A DNA stretch of 64,000 nt from Cyanobacteria bacterium P01_A01_bin.123 (GCA_039815185.1 JBCBZT010000020.1:64258-128257), one strand, 5' to 3'. Numbered from the stretch's first letter, positions 31,781 to 41,608 are shown. Numbers and translations are program-made. The notes: generated by a model not told the origin, from the sequence alone.

Positions 31781-33997
31781 CTATTTCTCTAACCCATTAA
31801 AAGTTTCTGTACGCGGAGAAGATCTAACTGCAACAGCCTTTTGTTTCATCTCTTTCTCAGTTCGAGTAGCTGCATAAGGCAAATAGTCCTCATGTTCTGC
31901 ACCGGTCTCAATCGCGTTAGCTACTAGTCCTAAAACTCTTGTCCCTGATCGCTGCAGTAACGATTTAGCGGCAGTAGCCTTAGCAGAATCTGCCAATCGA
32001 GACCGGATCACAAGGACAAAACCATCTGCTATCTTGCCTAAAATTGCAGCATCTGCGGCTCCTGCTAAAGGCGGCGTATCAATAATGACAGTGTCATAAG
32101 GTTGGCTTAAGGTATCCAGTAAACGCGCCATCTGGGCTGAATCTAACAAGGCCAAAGCATTGGGAGGCGTTACACCTGCTGTCATCAGCGTCAGATTTTC
32201 AGTCACTGGCTGCAGTGCTTTTTTCAGGGAACCTTCCCCTACTAATACGTGACTTAACCCAATACCATTAACCACATTCCAAACATGATGTTGATCTGGA
32301 GAACGTAAATCGGCATCTATGAGCAACACCCGACGCCCTGATTGAGAGATGCTCAGAGCAAGTAACGCCGCTACTGATGATTTGCCCTCTCCAAGTACGG
32401 AACTGCTGACCACAAGGGTCTTCAGCTTCCTATCGGTACTCATAAACTTAAGGTTGGCCTGTAACATTTGATAAGCATCAGCCACTACAGGATTCAAGCT
32501 TGCAATCATCATCGGTGTTGTAGCGGGTAAAGGCTCTTCCAAACTAGGTTCTGCAGGTAAGCCATATTTTGGAATCACCCCCAGTACAGGGTAACCAAAG
32601 AGGGTTTCAGCTTCCTTGACAGTCTTCAAAGAGCGATCAATTAAATCAAGCAGAAAGGCAGCCGCGATGCCCAAAAATATCCCAACGACACCCCCAGCAG
32701 CAACGTATAGTTTTTTGCTACGTCCGATTGAGAATTCAGGGATTTTTGCCCTTTGAATGATGCTGGCATTTCCCACACTCTGATTTTCTGCTAACTGAAT
32801 CTCTTGTTTTCGAGCCAACAGGCTATCGTAGGAAACCTGGGCTGCGGCTAACTGATTTTCTAGCAGTCGTTGTTGTTTTTCTAAGGCGGGAAAGGCACTG
32901 CTCCAGTCTAGGTAAGTGTCACGGGCGGTAATCAATGACTCAATGCTGCTAGCTAGCGCCAACTGATCGATTTCAGATTGAACCAACTCTGCCGTCAATT
33001 GCTGCTGGAGAGTATCGCTCTGCAATAATCCCGGAGCAATTTCAACGTTCTGCCCTAGTACTTGGGCGACTCGCTCTTGCAACAGCACATATGCTGAAGT
33101 TTCTTGCCGTTGCAAATTCTCCACGGTTGGGTGGTTGCTTGTATAACGAGATTGTGCAGTGGCTAGCTGAGTTTGAGTATCTTGAAGTTCAGTAAGGGCC
33201 TGTTGGACACCTGGGGCCTGGCTAAGGGCATTAAGATCCACTGCTTGCTCAGAAGACATCCCGAGCTGCTGCTCCAATTCACCTGAACGAGTCAGGATAG
33301 AGACCAACTCGGCGTTTGCTTGATTAATTCGGTCGTCCAAATTTGCCACAATATCGACCGCGACCGATGCTTCTTGCTCCAGGGCAATAATACCGTTGTT
33401 GTCTTTGAATCGGCGCAATTCCTCCGCAGCTTCATCCACCGCCTCCAGTGCTTGTGGGAGTTCTTGATCCACAAATTCTCGAGCCGCTGCTGCTTGGGTA
33501 CGATTATTCAAGACATCTTGATCAATATAAGACTCCATAATCTGGTCGACGATTGCCGCCGCCCTTTCAGGATCGGGACCTGTGAAAGAGACCCTTAGGA
33601 CGTCAGTCCCTGGAACAACTGTGACGTTTAAACCTCCCTTAATAGCTGTAGGAGGGACAAAATCCCCAGTTTCATTGCGGAGGTTGAGTTCCTCGATAGT
33701 GTCCCTGACAACAGAATTCGACTCGATAATAACGGCTTGAGTATCCAGGGGATTATTTTGCAAGCTAAAAGATTCCTGCTCCGCTAGGACTGTACCGAAA
33801 CCTGTGAGTGAAGTTTTTGAGTCTATTTGAAAAAGTAATTGACCGGAAGCCTCATAGACCGGATTTCGGGTCAGCGCGTAAGCGGTTGCGAGGGAGAGTG
33901 TGGTGACAAAAACTAAAGAGGCGGGTAACCAACGACGCCGCAACACCAGCCAATATTTCTGGAGGTCGATTTCCTCAATGTGTTGTTGCTCTTCCAT
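31781..33997 (-). CDS. wzc: Polysaccharide co-polymerase / tyrosine kinase (Wzc/GumC)
   Basis: EEIDLQKYWLVLRRRW, coiled coil, YTSNHP, Walker A GEGKS, LIDADLR, IIDTPP. Confidence 0.92.
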   Translation of the reverse strand: MEEQQHIEEIDLQKYWLVLRRRWLPASLVFVTTLSLATAYALTRNPVYEASGQLLFQIDSKTSLTGFGTVLAEQESFSLQNNPLDTQAVIIESNSVVRDTIEELNLRNETGDFVPPTAIKGGLNVTVVPGTDVLRVSFTGPDPERAAAIVDQIMESYIDQDVLNNRTQAAAAREFVDQELPQALEAVDEAAEELRRFKDNNGIIALEQEASVAVDIVANLDDRINQANAELVSILTRSGELEQQLGMSSEQAVDLNALSQAPGVQQALTELQDTQTQLATAQSRYTSNHPTVENLQRQETSAYVLLQERVAQVLGQNVEIAPGLLQSDTLQQQLTAELVQSEIDQLALASSIESLITARDTYLDWSSAFPALEKQQRLLENQLAAAQVSYDSLLARKQEIQLAENQSVGNASIIQRAKIPEFSIGRSKKLYVAAGGVVGIFLGIAAAFLLDLIDRSLKTVKEAETLFGYPVLGVIPKYGLPAEPSLEEPLPATTPMMIASLNPVVADAYQMLQANLKFMSTDRKLKTLVVSSSVLGEGKSSVAALLALSISQSGRRVLLIDADLRSPDQHHVWNVVNGIGLSHVLVGEGSLKKALQPVTENLTLMTAGVTPPNALALLDSAQMARLLDTLSQPYDTVIIDTPPLAGAADAAILGKIADGFVLVIRSRLADSAKATAAKSLLQRSGTRVLGLVANAIETGAEHEDYLPYAATRTEKEMKQKAVAVRSSPRTETFNGLEK

Positions 33998-34174
33998 AGA
34001 GGTAGCCTCGTTCTGTCAGCAATTTTGAATACTTTTTATAGGATTTTAGCTTCCTACAAGAGAGATATCGGTACTTCCAGTAGCTTTAGTTGTTGCAGTT
34101 CACACAAACTTTAATAAAGTCTTACCAATTACCCTGATAGTATGCTGGCTAATTTAAGAGGTCTAGATAAGATC

Positions 34175-34203
34175 TTCCAGGAGATGGCTAAGCATCTCCG
34201 GAA
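34175..34203. terminator. Stem-loop downstream of the 34312-34740 gene (possible terminator)
   Basis: TTCCAGGAGATG-GCTAAG-CATCTCCGGAA; no clear U-tract. Confidence 0.35.
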
Positions 34204-34311
34204 AGTAACGGCAGAGGCTTGAGATTGTCTAGATTGCCTAAGGATGAAATCAAGGTGAAGCTCCTCATTACAGATGAATAGACAGCTGCACCTTGTCATG
34301 TGGTTTAGCGA

Positions 34312-34740
34312 TTACCACAATGCCCTTGGGCTTTCCACAGCTGAACTCTCTTCTAATGCATCATCAGAATCTTCCGTAGTCGGGGAGGTTGTTTCCTCAT
34401 CTAGGGGATCCTCTACTGTGTCGTCAACCTCTAAAGGATCTTCAGCTGTGTCATCAACTTCTAAAGGATCCTCTACTGTGTCATCAACCTCTAAGGGATC
34501 CTCTACTGCGTCATCAACTGTTTCACCAGGAGCGGCTCCTGAAGCACCATCGGGCGTTGTTGGTATAGATTCTTCAGGGGTCGCAGCAGGGTCTGATTCT
34601 GTTGTCGGGAGTTCAGTTTCAGGGGTGGGTTGGGGCGCATCTTGGGCCTTGACTGGGGCTAGGGTTAAGGGCAATAGCAGCGTTGCCAGGGTAGCCGATA
34701 CAACAACCCGTCGAATTAGGTAGGGGGCAGACTGAACCAT
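34312..34740 (-). CDS. Secreted acidic low-complexity repeat protein
   Basis: Signal peptide ending APVKA-QD, EDPLEVDDTV repeats, C-terminus PRALW; GGAG ribosome-binding site upstream. Confidence 0.8.
   Translation of the reverse strand: MVQSAPYLIRRVVVSATLATLLLPLTLAPVKAQDAPQPTPETELPTTESDPAATPEESIPTTPDGASGAAPGETVDDAVEDPLEVDDTVEDPLEVDDTAEDPLEVDDTVEDPLDEETTSPTTEDSDDALEESSAVESPRALW
34400..34519. repeat. 4 x 30-bp coding tandem repeat
   Basis: TCTA(A/G)(A/G)GGATCCTCTACTGTGTCATCAAC(C/T)-like units starting at 34400, 34430, 34460 and 34490. Confidence 0.95.
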
Positions 34741-34780
34741 TGGGGGTCACTCCTGTATGGATACGGAAACGTCAAGGGAA

Positions 34781-36025
34781 TTAGGGAGCCCCACTATTGC
34801 AGCTGAGGTTATCGCCAACTAGGGTGCCGTCTTCCCAAGTTCCCGACTTTGAAGACCCGTTGGTAAATAGGAAGGTTCCCCAGCCTTCACATTTGCTGTT
34901 GCGAAACTGGCCGACGTAGCGATTGCCAGTTTCAAGCTGCCAAACTCCTACCCCATGAAAATGGTCATCTCTAAACTGCCCCATATACTGTCGTCCATTG
35001 GCAAAGGTAAAGGTGCCACAGCCGTTACGATCGCCATTTTTAAATTCACCATCGTAGCGATCGCCGTTAGTAAACTTCATTGTGCCATTACCATCTACAG
35101 GCGCACCGCCAGCAAATTCACCATAGTATTCGATGCCACTGCCGTATTGATGGCTTGGTTGTTGATCTGACAAGTTTGGTGGTGACGGCTCATTACAAGG
35201 CAATGACTCTAGATCAATCGCATTGAGGGAAACTTGCGATGGTGGTTGTAGGCGGGGACGGAGGCTCACAGCAAGCCCTAATCCTAGTAGCCCGACGGTC
35301 ACCAAACCCGCACTCACTAGCAGCGACCACTGCTGGAGCTTTTGGACTGGAGTGAGGGGGGGGTAAGTGGTTGACGGCTGCAGGCGCTCAGGTAATAACT
35401 CCTGGACTAGAGCAGCTGTATTTCCGAGGTTGATAAAACCAGGGAGCGAGGAAGAGTCTGCCGAACGGTGCTGATTAATAAATTCGCTAAAGGTTTCAGG
35501 GCTAAAATCACCGTTTTCGGGATGTCGGTCTGCTTCTGGTAATCTCTGGTAAACGTACTCACATTTAGCGTCTGAGAAATCCGTTGCGCCATCGAGTTGC
35601 CAATTTTCTACACAGGCCCCAGTCAAGTCAGCATTAGAAAAATCGGTGCGAGCTGCTTTGACTTGGCTGAGGTTGGCGCGGGTCAAAATGGCTTCGCTGA
35701 GATTGGCTTGCCTGAGGTCAACCTGATGTAGATTGGCAGATTCTAGATTAGCGCGATTGCCATAAGCCCCCCGGAAATCGGCGCCTTGCAAGTCGGCTTC
35801 CTTTAAGTTGGTATCAATCAGACAGGCACCACTCAGATTAACGCCCCTGAGGTTAGCGCCGCTCAAATCAGCTTCTAGCAGATAGACGCGACTCAAATCA
35901 GGTTGGATGTCTGGATGGGTTTCCCGCCAACGGTTCCAATCGTCTATCCCTTGCTCAATGAGCGCCAGGTAGTCAATCTCTTCCATTTGTTTGTTCACTC
36001 GGGTACACCTCCTCCTATCAGCCAC
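34781..36025 (-). CDS. Pentapeptide-repeat / transmembrane / MORN-repeat protein
   Basis: WNRWR followed by A(D/N)LxG pentapeptides, one transmembrane helix, then NGDRYDGEFKNGDRNGCGT MORN repeats. Confidence 0.88.
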   Translation of the reverse strand: MADRRRCTRVNKQMEEIDYLALIEQGIDDWNRWRETHPDIQPDLSRVYLLEADLSGANLRGVNLSGACLIDTNLKEADLQGADFRGAYGNRANLESANLHQVDLRQANLSEAILTRANLSQVKAARTDFSNADLTGACVENWQLDGATDFSDAKCEYVYQRLPEADRHPENGDFSPETFSEFINQHRSADSSSLPGFINLGNTAALVQELLPERLQPSTTYPPLTPVQKLQQWSLLVSAGLVTVGLLGLGLAVSLRPRLQPPSQVSLNAIDLESLPCNEPSPPNLSDQQPSHQYGSGIEYYGEFAGGAPVDGNGTMKFTNGDRYDGEFKNGDRNGCGTFTFANGRQYMGQFRDDHFHGVGVWQLETGNRYVGQFRNSKCEGWGTFLFTNGSSKSGTWEDGTLVGDNLSCNSGAP

Positions 36026-36345
36026 TCTAGTTATTGGTTCGATGCTCCCTTTTGACGGCTCCCAGATGACTTTATTTTTCTCGGCATTGCTGCCCGTTCA
36101 GGCTAGTCTTCGTTTAAAGTACCCAATATCGTGAGACTACCCTGCTAGCAAAGCAATAACGCTGGAAATGACACAAGACCTTGTGACTGTTGCGATGACA
36201 GTCTAATGATTGGCCCAACCCTAGTAATGCGTTTAGCCGTATCCAAACCGCTAAACTGGAAATCGTGTCGAGTCCAGTTTAAAGCCAAACACTTTGTCGT
36301 GACCAACTCCACAGCTGCTCGTCAGACCGAATTTAAATCTAATAA

Positions 36346-36419
36346 TCGGGATGACAGGATTTGAACCTGCGACATCCTGCTCCCAAAGCAGGCGCGCTAC
36401 CAAGCTGCGCTACATCCCG
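36346..36419 (-). tRNA. trnP: tRNA-Pro(UGG)
   Basis: Reverse complement CGGGATGTAGCGCAGCTTGGTAGCGCGCCTGCTTTGGGAGCAGGATGTCGCAGGTTCAAATCCTGTCATCCCGA; anticodon TGG; CCA not encoded. Confidence 0.97.
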
Positions 36420-36445
36420 TTTAGCCGTTTCAAGTATAACTCGCT

Positions 36446-36865
36446 TTGCAAAATACACCCATGCAAGATTGGCCCCTTGAACAATTACCTGGTCTGAGCC
36501 TGGCCCAGAAAACCCAGCTCAAAGATTTTGGTATTCAGACCACGCTTCAGCTTTTGCGCCGAGGCAGTACGGCTTTGAAACGTCAGCAGTTGGCCACTGA
36601 TTTGCAAATTCATACTCAATACGTCAATAAATGGGTGGCTCTGGCTGATTTAGCCCGCGTGCCTGAAGTTGGCTGTCAGTATTGTGGCTTACTGCTCCAC
36701 GCTGGGGTGAGCTCGACCCAACAACTGGCCCAAGCTTCGGCACATCGTCTTTATCCTCAAATTCGTCGATTTCAGGTGGCGGTATTGCGCCAAGCCCAGA
36801 ACTGTCCCCCCCCATCCCAAGTGTCGCGATGGATTCAACAAGCGCGATCGCTGAACGGAGTATAA
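36446..36865 (+). CDS. DUF4332-like helix-hairpin-helix protein
   Basis: WPLEQLPGL...KWVALADLARVPEVG.QYCGLLLHAG...WIQQA. Confidence 0.8.
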   Translation: MQNTPMQDWPLEQLPGLSLAQKTQLKDFGIQTTLQLLRRGSTALKRQQLATDLQIHTQYVNKWVALADLARVPEVGCQYCGLLLHAGVSSTQQLAQASAHRLYPQIRRFQVAVLRQAQNCPPPSQVSRWIQQARSLNGV

Positions 36866-36924
36866 GCAGTGGTTAAGCCAGTGATTTGAGGAGTCAGAAG
36901 AGAGGGAGGAGGATGGAATCCGAC

Positions 36925-37446
36925 CTAATCTGGATACCAAAACATGCCTTTGATGCCTTCTGGGTCTGGCATGAACCCAAGCTGCTTGTAAAACTCGACC
37001 ACGTGGGGATCGGCAAACAGGGTTACGTTGCTAATGTCTTCACTTCGTAGTTTTCTAATCAGCTGTTTCATCAACTGCTTTCCCAGCCCTTGCCCTTGAA
37101 AATCAGGATGGATAACCACATCCCAAATGGTGGCGTTGAAAGCATGGTCTGACGTGGCCCGCGAGAACCCGATTAACCGCCGCCGCGCCCCCCGTTGCTG
37201 CCATACAGAAACAACCAAGAAACTGTGCTGGATTGCTTTTTTAACCTTGCGAATCGGGCGGCGAGACCAGCCTACCGCATCACAAAGTTCTTCTAGCTCG
37301 TATAGATCAATATCTCGGTCGGTACTAAAAAAAAGCCGAGGGCTACCCTCAACACTGGGTGCCTCAGCTAAGTATCCATCCAATTTATCTTGCTTAGGCT
37401 CAGTCGCCACGTCCGTGCCACTGAATAAGCTCTTCCAAAACCCCAT
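36925..37446 (-). CDS. GNAT N-acetyltransferase (Ycf52-like)
   Basis: [43 protein letters not shown]. Confidence 0.9.
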   Translation of the reverse strand: MGFWKSLFSGTDVATEPKQDKLDGYLAEAPSVEGSPRLFFSTDRDIDLYELEELCDAVGWSRRPIRKVKKAIQHSFLVVSVWQQRGARRRLIGFSRATSDHAFNATIWDVVIHPDFQGQGLGKQLMKQLIRKLRSEDISNVTLFADPHVVEFYKQLGFMPDPEGIKGMFWYPD

Positions 37447-37809
37447 GCAAGGTGCCGTTAATCGATCTCAATGACGGTCATACAATATTTAGATAGTATA
37501 GAGCCTTCGCCCCCTAATCCGTCGATTACAAATAAAACTCGTAGCCACTCTAGGTTCTGGTAGGTTTTGGGCCAAAGTCGGGAATTATGGCAGCAGTGGA
37601 TGGCCTGGTTTGTCAGCCTTAGGCAAGGGTTTAATCGCCTGAGCACATTTACCTGGTACTGACATAAACAATGTCGTGATAGGGAATGAATGGTGACAAC
37701 TGCCAAGACATTGACCTAGAGTTAGGATTTTCTGGGGAACCCAGTTTAACACCCTAACCCCTGTCATCAATCCCTATTCTGTGTTCCAAAAGCGAGTTCC
37801 TACCCCATT

Positions 37810-38535
37810 ATGGTCGCCGGTCTAAAACCATCTACCATAGAGCTTCTGAGGCGTTTTAACCGGGCGTTCCCTCAGTTTTATGAGCAATTTGTGAGCAGTG
37901 AGATTCAGCTGCAAAACTTGCGGCTTGCCTATCAGCTTTATAAAAGTAAGCAAGCTGTCATCGAACTCAAGCCAGAGGGCAATCGTAGTGCGCTGCACTT
38001 TGCCTACCGCAACCAATCTTTTTTGCTGAGTGACATCTTTGGTGTCTTGGCAGCCTATGGCCTGACCATTCATAATCTCAGCCTTTATGGTCAGATTTAC
38101 CCCCCGATGCTGGTGTTTATCAAGTTAGTGGTTTCACGGGGGGGGAAAACCCTGCCCGAGAAAACTGCCGATAACGTTTGCCGTGCTGTAAGGGAGGCTT
38201 TGGCTGGGCGATTTGAAGTGGAAGAAATGCTGACGGTGGAGTTTAACCTGGATGCAGGACTTGAACAGGTTGAAACTGAATTCTATGTAGACCCAGTGTT
38301 TCATTTGCCCGCGTTGCTAATTGAGGCAGACAATCAACCAGGGTTGTTTTACAAAGTGATGTATGCCATCTGGCAAGAAGATTTGCTCGTGGTTAACGCC
38401 AACTTACTCGTCTGGCGGGGAAGAACCCGGTTGATCCTTTACTTGCTGGGCCCCAACGAAAATTTAATTCCAGAGTATTTGGGGCAGAAAATTGCCGAAG
38501 GCGTGCGATATCGCCTGTTGGGTAAGCATTTTTAG
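37810..38535 (+). CDS. Protein with two ACT-like domains (resembles the GlnD C-terminus)
   Basis: NQSFLLSDIFGVLAAYGLTIH and IEADNQPGLFYKV resemble ACT motifs. Confidence 0.65.
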   Translation: MVAGLKPSTIELLRRFNRAFPQFYEQFVSSEIQLQNLRLAYQLYKSKQAVIELKPEGNRSALHFAYRNQSFLLSDIFGVLAAYGLTIHNLSLYGQIYPPMLVFIKLVVSRGGKTLPEKTADNVCRAVREALAGRFEVEEMLTVEFNLDAGLEQVETEFYVDPVFHLPALLIEADNQPGLFYKVMYAIWQEDLLVVNANLLVWRGRTRLILYLLGPNENLIPEYLGQKIAEGVRYRLLGKHF

Positions 38536-38552
38536 GGAACTTTGAAGGGGAT

Positions 38553-39686
38553 TTACTTCACCACATACTCGGAGGGTTGATCTTCCATTTGACCTGTAAA
38601 GACAAGCGCTCGAGTCATAATGGCGGCGACTTCTGCACGGGTAGCAGGGCGTTCGGGCTGCAGTTGATCTCGGTTAGGATAGTTCACGACTAGTCCAGAT
38701 TGGGTAGCCGCCGCAATTTGGCTAATGGCCCAATCTGGAATCGCGTCAGCATCTTCATAGCGACTGACAATCGCGTCAGCATCGGCGGGGCTGTCTAATC
38801 CCAAACCGCTGGCGAGCGCAACGAAGACTTGAACGCGAGGGACAGCTTGGTCAGGTTTAAAGTCGCCTTCCGGATAGCCGCTCATAAAGCCAGTTTCAAC
38901 AGCGGACTGAATTTTGCCGCTGGCCCAGTAATCGGCATTGATGTCTGAAAACGCGATCGCGTTTTGGCGGCTCTGCGCCCGGAAGACGGCTTCAATTTGG
39001 CTCGCGAGTTCCGCCCGAGTCACGGGCACATCTGGCCGGAAGGTACCATCGTTGTAACCCGACATCATTTGCCGCCCAGTTAAAGCATCAATAAAGTTGG
39101 TTGCCCAATAGTTGGTAGGGACATCACTAAATTCAATCGGCGGGCCGGGTTCAATCAATTGGCCGCTACTAGCAGGCAAGTTGGGCAAATTATCAACGAC
39201 GCTAGGATCGACGACTGTCTCATCGTCAGCTGTCGATTCTCCATCAGTCTTGGACGCTGGAGAATCGATGTCAGCGTTAGTTTGGTCAAGGCCGTTTGAG
39301 AGGAGCGTGCTGGGGGAAGCGGCAACTGCATCAGGACGGGTAGCTAGGGCTTCAAAATGACTGTCTCCTGAGTTGGTCGCAGATTGCCCCCTGATCTGAA
39401 CCCTCCAGGCTGATAACACCCCGTCTGACGATCGCGCGGCCTCTGCTTCACCATCAACACGGGATGCCCCTAGCTCAATCTGATCGGTTTGCTCTTCTAC
39501 ATTTGCCCCAGCGACAGCTTCTGTATCGATGAGCGATAGCGGATTACCCACAACCGCTCGTCGGGTTAGGCCCCACAGCAAGATCAGCCCAACTGCGAAT
39601 AGGGCCACCACGACTGCAACGAATTCATCTAAATCCAAAATTCGACGATTGTTAGGCGGAGGCGTCTCATTAGAAGAATCAGACAT
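38553..39686 (-). CDS. Membrane-anchored S-layer homology (SLH) domain protein
   Basis: FSDVPTNYWA...GTFRPDVPVTRAE, three SLH repeats ending ATRAEVAA; N-terminal transmembrane helix. Confidence 0.9.
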   Translation of the reverse strand: MSDSSNETPPPNNRRILDLDEFVAVVVALFAVGLILLWGLTRRAVVGNPLSLIDTEAVAGANVEEQTDQIELGASRVDGEAEAARSSDGVLSAWRVQIRGQSATNSGDSHFEALATRPDAVAASPSTLLSNGLDQTNADIDSPASKTDGESTADDETVVDPSVVDNLPNLPASSGQLIEPGPPIEFSDVPTNYWATNFIDALTGRQMMSGYNDGTFRPDVPVTRAELASQIEAVFRAQSRQNAIAFSDINADYWASGKIQSAVETGFMSGYPEGDFKPDQAVPRVQVFVALASGLGLDSPADADAIVSRYEDADAIPDWAISQIAAATQSGLVVNYPNRDQLQPERPATRAEVAAIMTRALVFTGQMEDQPSEYVVK

Positions 39687-39802
39687 AACAAGCTCTTCAA
39701 GGCAATAGGAAATGTTTGAACCGAACTATACAGTAGACTACTGTCTACAGTAGACTAGGTGCTTCGAATTAGTAAATTCAATAAACTGACTTCGGTCAGT
39801 GA

Positions 39803-40636
39803 GTGATTTGGTGTGATGGCAGGATGATGAACAAGAACATTAGGGGGGTAGCCCTCGCAATCGCGTCTATTAGTGCAGTTGCCCTTGGTTTTGTAGTCCA
39901 GCACTCCCAAGGCTTGAGTCAACCCTTACAGACGCAAGATCTAGGGCTACTGGCTCAGTCTTCCAATTCGACCCCGACGAGAGGAATCCGCCTGAATGCA
40001 GCGGGATTTAATCTAAGTCGTATTCATCAGCAGATTGTCTTGGGCTTCTATTTGCGGGTCAAACAGGAAGCGATCGCGGTTCAATCTGAGACCTCAACCT
40101 TAGACGGCAAAACTGCGGACGGAGATCAACTCAAAGATAAGCTTGATTCATTGTCAGGCAAGGGAAATCAAGGTTTGACTGCAGAAGCGAAGATGGATCT
40201 GACTGGGTTAGGCCCGATTCGCGTGGGCATGACAATTGCCGAGGCAGTGGCAGCCGGGGGCGTTGCCTTAGTGTCTTCTACACGAAAAGACAAATCCTGC
40301 CGATATTATGAACCCGAAGACGGCCCTAAGGGCATTAGCTTTATGACCGTAAACGATCGCATCATTCGGATCGATGTGTGGTCAGACAGTGTGGTAAGCA
40401 CGCTGAGTGGGGCTCACATCGGTTCTACCGAAGCCGAACTCAATGCCCTGTATCCCGGACAAATTGAAGTCACCGCCAACCCGTTTACCCAGGGGAAGTA
40501 TTTGACCTACGTACCTACAGCCGGATCGGGGGAAGCGCTGTATCGTCTGGTCTTTGAGACTAACTCAGCGGGGAAAGTTACCCAGTTTCGCACAGGACAG
40601 TTTCCGGCGGTAACCTGGCCTAAAGGATGCGCCTAG
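39803..40636 (+). CDS. Exported hypothetical protein
   Basis: Hydrophobic N-terminus; [10 protein letters not shown]...[15 protein letters not shown]...C-terminal GC. Confidence 0.7.
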   Translation: MIWCDGRMMNKNIRGVALAIASISAVALGFVVQHSQGLSQPLQTQDLGLLAQSSNSTPTRGIRLNAAGFNLSRIHQQIVLGFYLRVKQEAIAVQSETSTLDGKTADGDQLKDKLDSLSGKGNQGLTAEAKMDLTGLGPIRVGMTIAEAVAAGGVALVSSTRKDKSCRYYEPEDGPKGISFMTVNDRIIRIDVWSDSVVSTLSGAHIGSTEAELNALYPGQIEVTANPFTQGKYLTYVPTAGSGEALYRLVFETNSAGKVTQFRTGQFPAVTWPKGCA

Positions 40637-40676
40637 CCCTACGCTAGACTCAAGGCAATGCATCTTAACTCATCCC

Positions 40677-41596
40677 ATGTCAAACCGCCTGGCCCAGGCT
40701 CAAAGTCTCTATCTCCGCAAGCACGCCGAAAATCCGATTGACTGGTGGCCTTGGGGTGATGCTGCCCTAGACAAGGCGGCTCAAGAAGACAAGCCGATTT
40801 TTCTGTCCGTCGGTTATTCGAGCTGTCACTGGTGCACGGTAATGGAGGGTGAGGCGTTTTCGAATGAGGCGATCGCCCTGGACAAGCCGATTATCTAGCC
40901 ATGGCCACGCGAGCTGCCCAGTTTGTGCTTGATCACCAGTGGGTTAACGAGCGCTTTCACCGTCTTAGCTACGATGGCCAACCCGCGGTATTGGCCCAAG
41001 CCGATGACTATGCCTTGTTTATCAAAGCGCTCATCGACCTGCAGCAAGCATCCTTAGCATTAGATGACCCGGAAGCTGCGCAAACTTGGTTAGCCCATGC
41101 CACTACCGTGCAAGCAGAATTTGATCAGTGGCTGTGGTACGCAGATGCAGGCGGATATACCACTACAGCCACAGACGCCAGTGATCGCCTGTTAGTGCAA
41201 GAACGTCCCTATCAAGATAGCGTCATCCCATCGGCCAATGGTATTGCCAGCGCCAATCTGGTGCAGCTCGCCCTGCTAACTGAAGATTTAACCTATCTTG
41301 ATCGAGCCGAACAAATTCTGCATGCATTTGGCCGCGTGATGGCGCAAATACCCCGCGCCTGCCCCAGTTTGTTGACCGCGCTAGATTGGGTTGATCACCC
41401 AACGCTGGTTCGTACCACGGCAGCCCGAGTGCCTACCTTGCTCAAACAATATCTACCCACTGCAGTTTGTCAGGTCACCGCTGAGCTGCCTGAAGGGGCA
41501 GTTGGGTTGGTGTGTCAAGCCTTGAGTTGTCAGGCTCCAGCAACCAGTGATGCAGAATTGACGGCGCAACTCTCAGAGAGTTTATTGAGGCGTTAG
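40677..41596 (+). pseudogene. YyaL/SSP411-like thioredoxin-domain protein with a large internal deletion and frameshift
   Basis: N-terminus [21 protein letters not shown]...[10 protein letters not shown] is joined directly to C-terminal motifs (DDYA.FI, DSVIPSANG). The family is normally about 680 aa; only about 306 codons remain. Confidence 0.85.
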
Positions 41597-41608
41597 CTAT
41601 TGTTCGGA

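Noticed and set aside
34400..34519. 30-bp repeats as a CRISPR array
   Set aside because: Contiguous tandem units without spacers, in-frame coding, and no cas genes in the window.
34274..34723. Ser-rich plus-strand ORF
   Set aside because: Antisense shadow of the repeat protein gene, which has the signal peptide and ribosome-binding site.
36346..36419. tRNA-Pro as the integration site for the EPS region
   Set aside because: No integrase and no duplicated tRNA 3' end seen in the window.
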